This document shows positions 10,067 to 20,953 of a stretch of 64,000 bases of DNA, piece after piece. Made by a program: the position numbers and the translations under genes. The DNA is from an uncultured virus (IMG/VR IMGVR_UViG_3300044630_007810) (lineage: Duplodnaviria; Heunggongvirae; Uroviricota; Caudoviricetes). The notes under the pieces were generated by a model. It was given only the letters and a program-made list of their open reading frames with translations. It had not been told where the DNA came from and made no database searches. The stretch lies in the IMG/VR virus record IMGVR_UViG_3300044630_007810; one strand, 5' to 3'. Positions within the stretch are counted from its first letter, which is position 1. Each line of letters opens with the position of its first letter.

Positions 10067-11443
10067 ATGAGTAAACAAGCTTTATCATATATTTTAAATA
10101 CAAACATCTTATCTAATGAAAGATTAAAGATTTATTATGATTTTGATACAGGTTCTGTTTCAATATATCAAAGTGGCACTTATTATATTCCATATTTAAA
10201 AAATACATTTCCGTCATTTAATTCAAACAAAAATCACGCTGAAATTTACGGATTAAAAAATACTGGTATCAATACAATAAATTCTATTAACTATTATATA
10301 ACTGGTCAATCTGGATTTTTAAAAAATAATGGATCTGGAGATTTATCATCATTTCCATTAGTTATTTCTGGTCAACCAGATTTTAATCTTAATGATTGTT
10401 CTATGTTATTTAATTTTTCTAATAAATCTTACAAAGATTCTATATTATTTGGATCTTTAAGAGTTTTTGAGGATACGATAAATAATACAAAATATAGGTA
10501 TTCAAATGGCTTTAATTTTGGAATAAATTCAAGAGGTAAATTATTTTTCCAATCACTTGGTAAAGACGGTGATTATATTTTTGTGGCAAATTCAATTGAA
10601 TTAAGTAAAGAAAATATTGCTGGATTATCTATTTCTGAAAATGAAATTGAAATTTTTAGATTTGATTTACTAAACCAAGATATTCAATCTGAGAATTTTA
10701 TTGTTGATGCAAATTATATAAAAAATTCTGATTTATTATATCTGGGTACATCTCCAACTTATTATAATTTACAGTATCCTTTGCAACCAAAATTTGATGG
10801 ATATTTAGGCGAAATGTGCGTTTTTTCTGGAAGATTAGCTAAAGAATTTTTATATAATCTATCTTCTGGTTTTGTTTCAGATTATTATTATAGTAGTGGC
10901 ATTGTAACCGAGTCTAATACTATAACTGGATACAATACATCAATTATATATAAAACAGGAGTAACTGGATATTTAACTGGAATCATAGGATATCAACAAA
11001 TTCAAACAGGAACACCTTATATAACGGGCGCAACAACTCTTAGCGGAGTAAGATCTGTAGCTGAAGGTGGAAGATATTTTACTGGTTATTCTGCTCAAGG
11101 TTTACCATACAAAGAAGAAGTTGGTTATTTGCATCCACCAAATTTTGGCAAATATGATCCAACTGGAAACAATGCGTTTGATACATTAGGTCTTCAAGGA
11201 GGTATAATTCAAGTCGAAGTTTATACGCAGGTGACTGGAATGAAATTTGATAGCATTACAGTTCCAATTTATGGAACAACAGCATTAACTGGGAATACAA
11301 GTGAAATAAGTGGTTATGTACAAACACCATTAACTGGAAAGGTATTTGAGACTGGTGCAGCCTCATCTGGTATTCAATTAGATTCAAAGTCTATTGAATT
11401 TTTCAAGAAAGACTACATATACTTTTTGGAAAAAAGATTATGA
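10067..11443 (+). CDS. Putative virion protein with LamG/concanavalin-like domain and TG-rich C-terminus
   Basis: LKIYYDFD ... LYLG ... FDGYLGEMCVFS pattern typical of LamG-like domains; many TG/SG dipeptides. Confidence 0.55.
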   Translation: MSKQALSYILNTNILSNERLKIYYDFDTGSVSIYQSGTYYIPYLKNTFPSFNSNKNHAEIYGLKNTGINTINSINYYITGQSGFLKNNGSGDLSSFPLVISGQPDFNLNDCSMLFNFSNKSYKDSILFGSLRVFEDTINNTKYRYSNGFNFGINSRGKLFFQSLGKDGDYIFVANSIELSKENIAGLSISENEIEIFRFDLLNQDIQSENFIVDANYIKNSDLLYLGTSPTYYNLQYPLQPKFDGYLGEMCVFSGRLAKEFLYNLSSGFVSDYYYSSGIVTESNTITGYNTSIIYKTGVTGYLTGIIGYQQIQTGTPYITGATTLSGVRSVAEGGRYFTGYSAQGLPYKEEVGYLHPPNFGKYDPTGNNAFDTLGLQGGIIQVEVYTQVTGMKFDSITVPIYGTTALTGNTSEISGYVQTPLTGKVFETGAASSGIQLDSKSIEFFKKDYIYFLEKRL

Positions 11444-12210
11444 TTTATAATTATGAAATAACAACTGGAAGTGAATTGAGTTATGAATCAATTTCAATAA
11501 ATAGAGATAATAATCAACTTGCAGATTATTATTCAAATAACTTTAATATACCATTAGTAAATAGAACTGGTACGCATGATTTTATCGCTTCACTTAATTC
11601 TCAAACAGTTGTTGAAAGAACTCCAACTATTAATGAGACAATATTTGAAAAAATTTATAAAACAGATGGGGATTTTTATTTTAAAACAGGCGAATCAATT
11701 TCCACAATTTATTTTGATGATAATGGTTTTTTAAGTAATATTAATGAATTAAAATTAATATTTGATTTAAGACCAACTCAAGAAGCATGTGTTGGTACAG
11801 GCACTTCAAGTTCTGCGATTCAAAATTCTTTAATGAATGATTTAAGACAAAAAATGCCAACATTTACGGGTGATTTGAGTAAAATAAATTATTTTTTAAA
11901 TGGACAAAAGTTATATACTGGAACTAGTTCTTATTTAATAATAAATAATACTGGGTTTAGTTATTTAATGGCAATTACTGGAAAAATTTTTGGAATTCCA
12001 CAAAAACCAAAAACAACACAATTTGTTAAAAGTGAGCAAGATTTATATGGTGTGAGATTTATTGAAAATGAAACAAATTTGTATGTTAACGGTATGGAGC
12101 AAGAAAAAAATGTATGGATTGAGTTAAATACAGGTGTAATTCTTATAGTGACTGGATTGGAACCAAAAATATTTACAGAAATTTATTCTTTAGAGTCTAT
12201 ATTATTATGA
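11440..12210 (+). CDS. Putative virion protein
   Basis: Coupled within the tail operon; repeated YFLNGQ / LYVNGM motifs; TG-rich. Confidence 0.5.
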   Translation: MIYNYEITTGSELSYESISINRDNNQLADYYSNNFNIPLVNRTGTHDFIASLNSQTVVERTPTINETIFEKIYKTDGDFYFKTGESISTIYFDDNGFLSNINELKLIFDLRPTQEACVGTGTSSSAIQNSLMNDLRQKMPTFTGDLSKINYFLNGQKLYTGTSSYLIINNTGFSYLMAITGKIFGIPQKPKTTQFVKSEQDLYGVRFIENETNLYVNGMEQEKNVWIELNTGVILIVTGLEPKIFTEIYSLESILL

Positions 12211-14492
12211 GTGAAGTTATTACTAATGTTGAGGTGAATTTTTCTTCTAGTGGTGGATCTCATAGCGCCACAGTAACAACTTCAAACGCCTCCTCTACTT
12301 GTGGGTCTGCTTCGCTTGGTTCTGTAATTGGAAAAGTTGGAGAAAGGTCATCTTTTACAAAATCTGAGGTAGATAAATTATTAAAAGATTTTGTTTTAGA
12401 CGAAACAACTACTACAAAAGATTCTTTTGGAATTAAAAAAAGTTATAAATATATAGATTCACTTTCAAAATTTTTAGATTCTTGGGTTGTCTTATGTAGA
12501 GGTACTACTGCTCCAGTAGGAACAAGTGATTTATCTTATGATGGAGCAGTATATGCGCATTCAGAATTTCCAGGAGTTTATAAAATAAAACGAAAACAAC
12601 CAGCTGTTAATGTTACTGGAGTTGGAAATAAAGTTTTGTCATCTGATAGAATCATCATTCTTGGAAAAAGTTATTCTATATATAGCGTGATGGAAGAATC
12701 AAAGAAGATATATTTAGCTTATAATAAAAAAAGTATTGTTAGCGATCTTTCTTATGCTAATGCAGCTGTCAAAGTATCAGGCGAAGTATTAGATGCAAAT
12801 AAAGCATCACTTAAATATGGTTATTTAGTTTCAGATTTTTTTGCAGCCTTAAGATCTCTTGGATTAACTATAACTGGAGCGCCTAGTAGTAATTCAATAT
12901 TATTTGATACATCTGGGACAATAAGATCATGCTTATCATCTATCGCTTCATTTTTTGGATACTATTGGTATGTTGATAATAAATCAATAAAATTTATTTC
13001 TTCTGCTGAGGCTAATTCAATACAAATTTCTAATCCAACAACCGATACAAATCCAAAAATTTTATCAGCATCTTTTACAGAAGGAGGCAGAACCCCTAGA
13101 ATCGTTGCATCATTTAATGGCTCCACTTCTTCTACACCGTCTTCTTACTCTAATTCTACTACTATAAATTATACTAGTGGTGCGCAATTAATAAAAAAAC
13201 AACTAAATAGAGTAGATTTCGATAAACTTTTTTCAGGTTTACAATCAGACTTATCGTCAGCTCTTATTGAAAGTTTTTATTCATTTTTTTGCTCTCCACA
13301 TGCAAATTCTCCAGCAAGTTTTGATAAGTTAATTTATTGCTCTTCTTGTTTTTATGAAGCTTTTGATGGCGGCACTTATTATCCGCAAAAACCCAAAAAT
13401 AAAACATCAAAAAAAGTAAGCAATATTGTTGGAACAGATACCAATGCATATAAAACCTCTAAAACAAGAAGTTTATTGGGAGATAGCGCTTCTTTTTTTC
13501 CTTTATTAGATACGGATGATAAAGTTATGGCTAAAGCAAGCGAAACGCCACTTTATACCTTATTGAAAGGATATTATGACACTTTTGGAACTGTTTTTAT
13601 CTCTAGGGGTTATAGCGATAAATTTGCAAAAAATCAAACATTAATTTCTTCAGATGGTGTTACAGTTGATGGACCATATAAAGGTAATACAAAAATAAGT
13701 CAAATAGGTTTTTTTGCAGATATCGTTACTCTTTTACAAAGCAAGGGTTTTACTATTCCTACAGTAGCAACATTGGCTGGTTATGCTGGTATGAGGAAAG
13801 GAGCGAATTATTTTATAGCTATAGCAAAAAAACAATTAGTGCCAGAAGATTCTATCGATAATTTTGGTGATCTTTCACAAAAAGTTGATTATTTTACATA
13901 TAGTAATAATCCATTTATTGGTGTGCAAGACGAATCAGTAAAAACTGGTTTGACAAAAAATTTAAAGAGTTCAAAAAGATTATATTCAAAAGCATTAAAA
14001 AATTTAAAAAATCATATAACATTAGCAAAGATAGATATCTTGCCTCCAGGTGACGAAGAAGATGGTAGTGGTGATGACGAAGAAGAAGAAGAAGAAATAG
14101 ACTATCAACAAGTTTATTCTCAAATAAAATCTCAAAAACCAAATGACTTTAACAAAAGTGAATTAAAATCCTATAATGCATCTTACTCAGAATCAAAAAC
14201 TCTTGCAGCAAATTTTAAGAGTTTAAATGGAGCGAATCCTAGCGCTATAAAATCATCTTCTGTTACTTATTATGATTTTGAAATACCAAATAATATAACT
14301 ATTGACATTGATTCTGTTTCTTTAAGTGTATCTAGTGATGGTGTTAGCACAACAATAAGTAAAAGCAACAAAGCTTTCTTACCTCCAGATCAATCTAATT
14401 TCTTAACTAATTCAAATATTTCTATTACAAATACACAAGCTGTTAGTAAGATATTTAGCGCTGGAACTAAAAATTTCTTAAAAATTAATTAA
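12207..14492 (+). CDS. Putative tail tip/baseplate hub protein
   Basis: 761 aa, last gene of the tail operon; segment RSCLSSIASFFGYYWYVD resembles hub proteins; acidic tract. Confidence 0.45.
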   Translation: MSEVITNVEVNFSSSGGSHSATVTTSNASSTCGSASLGSVIGKVGERSSFTKSEVDKLLKDFVLDETTTTKDSFGIKKSYKYIDSLSKFLDSWVVLCRGTTAPVGTSDLSYDGAVYAHSEFPGVYKIKRKQPAVNVTGVGNKVLSSDRIIILGKSYSIYSVMEESKKIYLAYNKKSIVSDLSYANAAVKVSGEVLDANKASLKYGYLVSDFFAALRSLGLTITGAPSSNSILFDTSGTIRSCLSSIASFFGYYWYVDNKSIKFISSAEANSIQISNPTTDTNPKILSASFTEGGRTPRIVASFNGSTSSTPSSYSNSTTINYTSGAQLIKKQLNRVDFDKLFSGLQSDLSSALIESFYSFFCSPHANSPASFDKLIYCSSCFYEAFDGGTYYPQKPKNKTSKKVSNIVGTDTNAYKTSKTRSLLGDSASFFPLLDTDDKVMAKASETPLYTLLKGYYDTFGTVFISRGYSDKFAKNQTLISSDGVTVDGPYKGNTKISQIGFFADIVTLLQSKGFTIPTVATLAGYAGMRKGANYFIAIAKKQLVPEDSIDNFGDLSQKVDYFTYSNNPFIGVQDESVKTGLTKNLKSSKRLYSKALKNLKNHITLAKIDILPPGDEEDGSGDDEEEEEEIDYQQVYSQIKSQKPNDFNKSELKSYNASYSESKTLAANFKSLNGANPSAIKSSSVTYYDFEIPNNITIDIDSVSLSVSSDGVSTTISKSNKAFLPPDQSNFLTNSNISITNTQAVSKIFSAGTKNFLKIN

Positions 14493-15256
14493 TGCTTTTT
14501 TAACAAAACAATTAATTTTCTACATTCTTTCGCTGGGATGTCTTTATATTGAACCCAATTTTTTACATCTTCATTTCTATATAAATTAGATGTCCATTGA
14601 TCCCTAAGCCAAACAACAAAATCATCAAACGATTTCATGCCTTTTTCAGAAACAATTTTTTCTAAAAGACCACTTGGCTTTAGCACTGTAAGGTCATCTA
14701 CATTTTCTGGAGATTCCGATGAATATAAATTATTTTTAGAGCGATCAATTTCGTCTGCACCAACAATATGAATATTCAAAAAGTTACGCACACAACGGAC
14801 AAACGCTCTATTGCAAGCAATAGTTTCTAAAAATTTAATACAAAAATCATCCGTATTATTCGCTGTGGCATTAGCCACATCTTCAAAAAGAACAGATCTA
14901 TCATTTGTCTCATAGTTTCCAATCCACGTAATCTGACACTTAGCCACAACATAATCTTCTTTAATGTGGGAAACTTGATATGCCACATCAGTAAACCCGC
15001 GCAATTTAGCTAATTCCTTGATGCCACCCAACATAATAAGCAATTGTTTATCATTCAAGCCATCCATTGAATTTGGAACACTTTGATTTCTAATGTCAAA
15101 CCATCCCTTATTTGGATAAAGGAATTCTGGTTTAATCATTGCTCGCCAATCAATAGATCCATCTTCAGAATAAATATATTCTACGGATTTAATAAGTCCA
15201 TGCTCATTACGAACATATTTTTCGAATGGAGGAATTGAAGTTTCTTGTTTACTCAT
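14489..15256 (-). CDS. Putative Rad52/Sak-like single-strand annealing protein
   Basis: VVAKCQITW...FEDVANAT...ETIACNRAFVRCVRNFLNI resembles the annealase core; start MSKQ at 15256. Confidence 0.4.
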   Translation of the reverse strand: MSKQETSIPPFEKYVRNEHGLIKSVEYIYSEDGSIDWRAMIKPEFLYPNKGWFDIRNQSVPNSMDGLNDKQLLIMLGGIKELAKLRGFTDVAYQVSHIKEDYVVAKCQITWIGNYETNDRSVLFEDVANATANNTDDFCIKFLETIACNRAFVRCVRNFLNIHIVGADEIDRSKNNLYSSESPENVDDLTVLKPSGLLEKIVSEKGMKSFDDFVVWLRDQWTSNLYRNEDVKNWVQYKDIPAKECRKLIVLLKKH

Positions 15257-16382
15257 GTTGGTCATCATATAGATAATACCAATCTAAGTCAAGAAAAAAA
15301 TCATCTTCATTTTTGCGATCATTAAAATCATAGTAAGTGTCATATACTTTGTTGCCGCAAAGTATTTTTTTGTTTGATTTAATTTTTGTTTTTTGTAAAT
15401 CAAAGTTTGGCAATTTTTCTCTATTGATTTTAATCAATTCGCTTAATTCAAATAAATTAACCGTAAAATCAAATAACTTAAATCTTTGTTCAGAAAGTTT
15501 TTCTTTCGATGTGCAAAGCAATATATGATTAACTCCAGATTTTTTAATTCTTTTGACAAATTCCACATCGAACTCTTCTGCGACATAGTTTATATTTTTA
15601 ATTCTTTTTGACAATAATAGATCATCATGAATTGGTTTGCTTAAAGTGACTTCAGCATTATTTGTTTTAAGAATATTGAATAAATTTTCCTCATTATGAA
15701 AAAGATCCATTCTTACGTTAATAGAATCACATATTACTTCGCATTTTTGTGATGGAATAATTTCTAAACATTCATCTTTATATCTTGCTCCAATATTTAT
15801 TGTTTTATAATTGATTTTTTCATTTGGAATATTAAGTAGTTTTAATCCAGCACTTGCTATTTCTTCTGGTTTTATTCTATTAACTGTTTTTGGATTTTCA
15901 TTAAAAGAGAAAGAAGGTTTTTCTTTATCAGCTCTATGCGTTTCTATTAAAATCTGATCTCCTCTTTCTCCCCAATAAGGCTTAACACACTCCATAAAAG
16001 AATTAGAGTAAATTGAAACCATTTTTCTTTTGAAGAATCCTGCTAAATGAGCTGGGAATGAATCTACCCCAAGAAATAAATTACATTTTTTTACAATATA
16101 TGCCATTTGACGAATAGAGGTTTTACCTCTTAAATCTATGTCGCAATTTATTGTTGGATCTTTTTCAAGCCCAATTTGAATTGTTTTGTATCCATATTTA
16201 TTTAAAATAGGATCTAAAATAAATTTAACTTCATTCCAATAATCATAATCTCGTAAATTATCTTTTGCTGATGTATGAAAACATACAAATTTATCAGCAG
16301 AGATTGGAAAAAATTGTTCTGAAATTGATGGATTATTAATTTTTAATCCAGTTGATAATGAATATCTTTCTATTAAATGCAT
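15249..16382 (-). CDS. Glycosyltransferase, GT9 (heptosyltransferase-like)
   Basis: IDLRGKTSIRQMAYIVKKCNLFLGVDSFPAHLA is a GT9 C-terminal motif. Confidence 0.75.
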   Translation of the reverse strand: MHLIERYSLSTGLKINNPSISEQFFPISADKFVCFHTSAKDNLRDYDYWNEVKFILDPILNKYGYKTIQIGLEKDPTINCDIDLRGKTSIRQMAYIVKKCNLFLGVDSFPAHLAGFFKRKMVSIYSNSFMECVKPYWGERGDQILIETHRADKEKPSFSFNENPKTVNRIKPEEIASAGLKLLNIPNEKINYKTINIGARYKDECLEIIPSQKCEVICDSINVRMDLFHNEENLFNILKTNNAEVTLSKPIHDDLLLSKRIKNINYVAEEFDVEFVKRIKKSGVNHILLCTSKEKLSEQRFKLFDFTVNLFELSELIKINREKLPNFDLQKTKIKSNKKILCGNKVYDTYYDFNDRKNEDDFFLDLDWYYLYDDQHE

Positions 16383-16383
16383 C

Positions 16384-18117
16384 TTAGTATTTATTGTAAT
16401 TTTCTGAATGAATTTCAAACATAATTTTATCTTTATTTCCCTGATGCAGATAGTCTAATTGTCTTTGAGTACCAATATGTGGCAGAAAACATATTTGAAA
16501 ATATCCTTGATGATCAGATCTTCCTTCCATCATTACGAGATTTTCCATAAATGGATTGTATTCTATGATTTTGTATATAAATTCATTTAAATCTAAAATA
16601 GGGAAAAACTCTTTTTTAGTAGCAAAGTAAAGGTCTTTTTCTGGGTAAGCTTCTTTTATGGATGGCAACAATGAGGTTAACATGAATACATCTCCAGCAG
16701 ATTCTGGCATAACAATTAAAATTCTATCTTCTTGATTTTTATCTAAAAGACTTTCAAATGAAATTGTTTGTTGTTTTTGGACTTCTTCATTAACAATGAT
16801 TTCTTTGTTTTTATTTTTTAAATCAACAAAAATTTGCTTTAAATCATTTTTGATTTTTTGTACAGAAAATTTTTCATTAACTGTTTTTTTACCATTTTGA
16901 ATTAAAGATTGTTTTTCATCAAAACTCATTTTGAGTACTTTATCAAGTTTTTCGCAAATGTCTTGTGGACAGGTTGTTGCTTTAATAAATTGAGTATGGG
17001 GTTCTCTGTATTCATTCCACTTTAAGGGTAGTCCACCTTGATGAGGATAACAAGAATCTGTTCCGCACGAATACTCTGTAACCAATGTAATTAATCCAGC
17101 AGCTTTTGCTTCTTGAATTGGAAGCTCTTGACCACCACTTGTAAATGGATGACAATAAACGTCCATGCAAGAATATATTTGATTCAATTGATCTTCGGAA
17201 ACCCCAAGTCCACTGTTTTTTGTATGAACTCTTTCCTTAGCTCCACAAGAAGGGCAATCTTTCTTTTCTCCAATGTATTTGTGTAAAAAGAATTCTCCAC
17301 ATTGATGACATATGTAAGAAGCTAAAACATCATCTTCATTTATGTTTTTTTCTTTAATATATCTTGGAATATCCCATCCATGATTAACTTCAGACCAATC
17401 TGTATGAAGAAGTAATTTGGTTTTTAACTTTGGATTCTTTTCTTTAAATAGTCTAAATCCATCTAAAAGATTTGGAACAGATTTTCTTAATTGATTTTTA
17501 AAAACAAAGCCAATTACAAAATCTTCGTTTATATTGAACTTTGACCTAATTTGATCTCTTTCTGCAAGAGGTTTAAAATCTGAATAATCAATAGCTCCAT
17601 GAATAGTTTTGACATTTTGAAAACCATTTTTTTTCATTTCCTGTTCTGCAAAAGATGCCCATACAATAAATTCATCACATTTAGGCGCAATATGAAATGC
17701 GTCTGGTAAAATTGGAACACTATCAAGTGTAGTCCAAATTATTGTGCGCAAAGTATTCCACCATGGTTTTTTCTCAAAATCTTTGAATGCCCAAATATCT
17801 TCAATACCCAAATATATGTCTGGCTTACATTCTTCAATAATTTTATCAATACAATAATAACCATATGAAGCCATTCTTTGTTTCATTCCATCATTTCCTA
17901 TCTCATTCATTAAATTAGGATCAGAAGGAGCTGTTCCGTAGCACTTCCATGGAGTTTTAAGATCAGCTCCATATGGAACACCATTAGCAGCTTCAATAAC
18001 CTCTATATCTGGATCATTATGTAGTGCAAGTAATAGATTTCGCATATTTTTGCCAAATCCAGTTACCATTCTACTATAATTAGAATGAAAAAGAATTTTA
18101 ATTTTAGAATGGGGCAT
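16384..18117 (-). CDS. GT4 (GT-B) glycosyltransferase with zinc ribbon and C-terminal GT9-like N-domain
   Basis: TGFGK N-terminus; DVYCHPFTSGGQELPIQEAKAAG; CHQC...CPSC; C-terminal ESAGDVFMLTSLLPSIKEAYP. Confidence 0.8.
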   Translation of the reverse strand: MPHSKIKILFHSNYSRMVTGFGKNMRNLLLALHNDPDIEVIEAANGVPYGADLKTPWKCYGTAPSDPNLMNEIGNDGMKQRMASYGYYCIDKIIEECKPDIYLGIEDIWAFKDFEKKPWWNTLRTIIWTTLDSVPILPDAFHIAPKCDEFIVWASFAEQEMKKNGFQNVKTIHGAIDYSDFKPLAERDQIRSKFNINEDFVIGFVFKNQLRKSVPNLLDGFRLFKEKNPKLKTKLLLHTDWSEVNHGWDIPRYIKEKNINEDDVLASYICHQCGEFFLHKYIGEKKDCPSCGAKERVHTKNSGLGVSEDQLNQIYSCMDVYCHPFTSGGQELPIQEAKAAGLITLVTEYSCGTDSCYPHQGGLPLKWNEYREPHTQFIKATTCPQDICEKLDKVLKMSFDEKQSLIQNGKKTVNEKFSVQKIKNDLKQIFVDLKNKNKEIIVNEEVQKQQTISFESLLDKNQEDRILIVMPESAGDVFMLTSLLPSIKEAYPEKDLYFATKKEFFPILDLNEFIYKIIEYNPFMENLVMMEGRSDHQGYFQICFLPHIGTQRQLDYLHQGNKDKIMFEIHSENYNKY

Positions 18118-18688
18118 CGTCTTCTAATTCAACTTGTTCGGATTTTGGCTTTGATGGGTATTGTTTCTTTTGTTGATATGTGTTTTGATTATTATTTTCC
18201 TGCTTTCTTGAAAAGGTAAAAGATGTTTTGATGTATTCAATTAAAAGCTGCGCTAATACTTCAACCTCTCCAGCTTCAAGCGGAAGTTTAAAATTTTGAT
18301 TTGAATTTCTAGAAACAGAAAAACCAAATGCTGGCGAATTATAAGATTTTTCTCCATCCATTTCTTTGATTTTTCTAACTTTGTCCCATGGATTTAATTT
18401 AATTATTGTGCTATCCTCTTTTGTTTTATGAAAAGCCGTGTAAGGTATTCTGGTTTTAAAAGAAGAAAGAAATTCTCCAGCTTCTGTTACGGAAATTTTA
18501 ATTGAGGCTGATTTTTCTGGATTTTTAGAATTTTCTTTAAAAGATCCATTTTTTGTTACATCGTTCCAACTATGTTGTTGGATCATTGATACATAAAGTG
18601 CGGTCTCTCCATTCTTTGAAGTTCCAATCTCGAAACTAAAAGCTGAACCAGTATTTTTTGAATTAGGTTTATATAAAGTATATTTCAT
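18104..18688 (-). CDS. Putative ssDNA-binding protein (Whirly/PC4-like) with SSB-type acidic tail
   Basis: Ends EDDAPF; SIKISVTEAGEFL and LPLEAGEVEVL resemble the two Whirly repeats; start MKYTLY at 18688. Confidence 0.55.
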   Translation of the reverse strand: MKYTLYKPNSKNTGSAFSFEIGTSKNGETALYVSMIQQHSWNDVTKNGSFKENSKNPEKSASIKISVTEAGEFLSSFKTRIPYTAFHKTKEDSTIIKLNPWDKVRKIKEMDGEKSYNSPAFGFSVSRNSNQNFKLPLEAGEVEVLAQLLIEYIKTSFTFSRKQENNNQNTYQQKKQYPSKPKSEQVELEDDAPF

Positions 18689-18728
18689 TTGAAATGGTGT
18701 AATTTTTATTGATAACTTATAGTAAAGA

Positions 18729-20948
18729 ATGTACAACAAAATTCAACCAGAACAAATTGAAATTCATACTTTTTCAAGTCCTAGTGGAGATATTTTCTTC
18801 CAACAAGGTACAAATTATGTTCATGGAAACTTAAATAGGAGTTTAGCTGGAAATTTTAGTATTACTGGTGGTTTAACTTTAAATGGCTCTAAAGTTTATA
18901 CAACAGACTCCTCTAATATATTTGGAGATGTTAGAAATGTTATTTTGGGCGGTCAAAATAATAGAATCATTGGCACTGGCAATGCAATCATTAATTCTAT
19001 AAACTCTAACGTTTCTGGTTTTCAAAATTTAGATTTAAACTGTGATGGATCTATTTTTGAAAAAGGTTCTAGATTTTGTACAGTGTTAGCTGGTAAAAAC
19101 TCTATTATAAATGAAAATATAAGTGGCTCTGTAATAATTTCAGATATAACAAATGATACGATCATCGCGGACACTTCAAATAAATTGTATATAAATTTTG
19201 AAAATGGAATAGATATTGCAGGAAATGTTGTAGTAAACGATGATTTATTAATAAATGATAATGCGGGACTATATTTAGATCAAAATTCTTCTGGTATTTT
19301 TTCTGGCAACGTTGGTTTTTTTGGTGATTTAGACTTAAATTCAAGTTTAACAATAAAAAATGATAATAATTTATTTATACAGACAGGTGCTTCTGGCATT
19401 TTTTCTGGAAATTTAAATATGGCGGGAAATTTAGATTTAAATTCAAATTTAATAATTAAAAATGGAAGACAATTTTCTACGAATTCTAATTCTATCACTA
19501 ATTTCTCTGGCGTAGTTAATACACTGGGTAATCTTAATTCCGCTAGTCTTAATATTGGCAATAATCGTATTATTTTTGATAATCAAGGTATTAATATTAA
19601 TAGCGGACTTGCGTTAAATATGACTGGAGGAGCCTTGTCGATAAATGGAGGCTCTCTTTTTTTACAAGAAGATTCAGTTACAGATTTTTATGGGCCAGTT
19701 AATTTTTGGGGAGAAGTAGGCGGTCCTGGCGTTGTTGATTTTACAAATATAGTCACATTAACAGAAGATCAGATTATAAATGGACAAAAAAGTTTTGCAA
19801 ATCAAACTATTTTTTTAGATAAACTTTTTATTAAAAATGGAGACGCTATTAATGGAACGAATGATTCTCCAGTCAATAGCGAAGATGATGGCGAAAAAGG
19901 TCAAATTGAATTTTTAGATAATAATTTATTTTTATACAATAATGGCAGGTGGGTTAAATTTATTGGTAATAATGGTGCGTGGGATGGATTTAGTAATAGT
20001 AATATAGGGTCTTTGCAAAAAAGACAAATTGATCTTGGCGGTTCTGATAGCATTGATGATATAATTTCATGGGATAATGGCGTATTGAGTTCTACATTAG
20101 GCGGAGATAATCAAATTACAAGTTTCCCAGAATTTGGTGCAAATGGCAGTTTATCTGTACCAGATTCATTTGGTTATTCACAAGTAATTGAATGGCAAGA
20201 CGGTTTAATTACTACTGAAGGAAATTTTGAAGCAGCTTTAAGTGGAAATATAACTGGGTTTGGTAATGGTAAAAGCGGTTTGTTTAAATTAAATAATCAA
20301 TCAATAATTTCATGGAACAATGGTCTTGTGACAAATACTGGAACTTTCGAAAGAAGTTTAATAATTGGCGATGTAATTTATACTTCTGGAAGTCAAAATA
20401 TAAGTGGAAGTAAAACTTTTTTAAGTGGAGCTGTATTTCAAAGAACGCAAAATCAATTAACCTTTAGAACTGGTAATGCTGGGAGTTTGATTAATATTTC
20501 AGCTCCATCAATTATTGGAAGTAAAACTTACACGATTCCTGATGTTAATATTGACGCATCATTTGTAATGACTCAAGGAGGTCAGTCAATTAGTGGGATT
20601 AAGAATTTTTTAAGTCCAACTATATTTCAAGCAACAGGCGTATTTCAATCAACTACAAATCAATTATCTTTTAGAACAGGTCAATTTGGAAGCGCAATTA
20701 ATATTTCAGCACCATTAATTAGTGGTAGTAGAGTTTATACAATTCCTGATATTGGTGGCAATGCTAGTTTTGTAATGACAAGTGGCAATCAGACAATTAG
20801 CGGACAAAAGAATTTTGATAAAATTCCAACAGTAAATGTAAGTGGTCAATTTCTTATTGTTCCAACGGGGGTTTCTTATTCTGAACAATCATTTTCTTTT
20901 TATGATCAATCTGGAAACTTGCAGACAAAAGTATTTTTATGTAGATAA
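18729..20948 (+). CDS. Tail fibre-like virion protein with internal repeats
   Basis: Gly/Asn/Ser-rich; repeated Q-x-I-[SN]-G-x-K-x-F fibre motif; tandem ~60 aa duplication near the C-terminus. Confidence 0.65.
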   Translation: MYNKIQPEQIEIHTFSSPSGDIFFQQGTNYVHGNLNRSLAGNFSITGGLTLNGSKVYTTDSSNIFGDVRNVILGGQNNRIIGTGNAIINSINSNVSGFQNLDLNCDGSIFEKGSRFCTVLAGKNSIINENISGSVIISDITNDTIIADTSNKLYINFENGIDIAGNVVVNDDLLINDNAGLYLDQNSSGIFSGNVGFFGDLDLNSSLTIKNDNNLFIQTGASGIFSGNLNMAGNLDLNSNLIIKNGRQFSTNSNSITNFSGVVNTLGNLNSASLNIGNNRIIFDNQGININSGLALNMTGGALSINGGSLFLQEDSVTDFYGPVNFWGEVGGPGVVDFTNIVTLTEDQIINGQKSFANQTIFLDKLFIKNGDAINGTNDSPVNSEDDGEKGQIEFLDNNLFLYNNGRWVKFIGNNGAWDGFSNSNIGSLQKRQIDLGGSDSIDDIISWDNGVLSSTLGGDNQITSFPEFGANGSLSVPDSFGYSQVIEWQDGLITTEGNFEAALSGNITGFGNGKSGLFKLNNQSIISWNNGLVTNTGTFERSLIIGDVIYTSGSQNISGSKTFLSGAVFQRTQNQLTFRTGNAGSLINISAPSIIGSKTYTIPDVNIDASFVMTQGGQSISGIKNFLSPTIFQATGVFQSTTNQLSFRTGQFGSAINISAPLISGSRVYTIPDIGGNASFVMTSGNQTISGQKNFDKIPTVNVSGQFLIVPTGVSYSEQSFSFYDQSGNLQTKVFLCR

Positions 20949-20953
20949 TTTCT

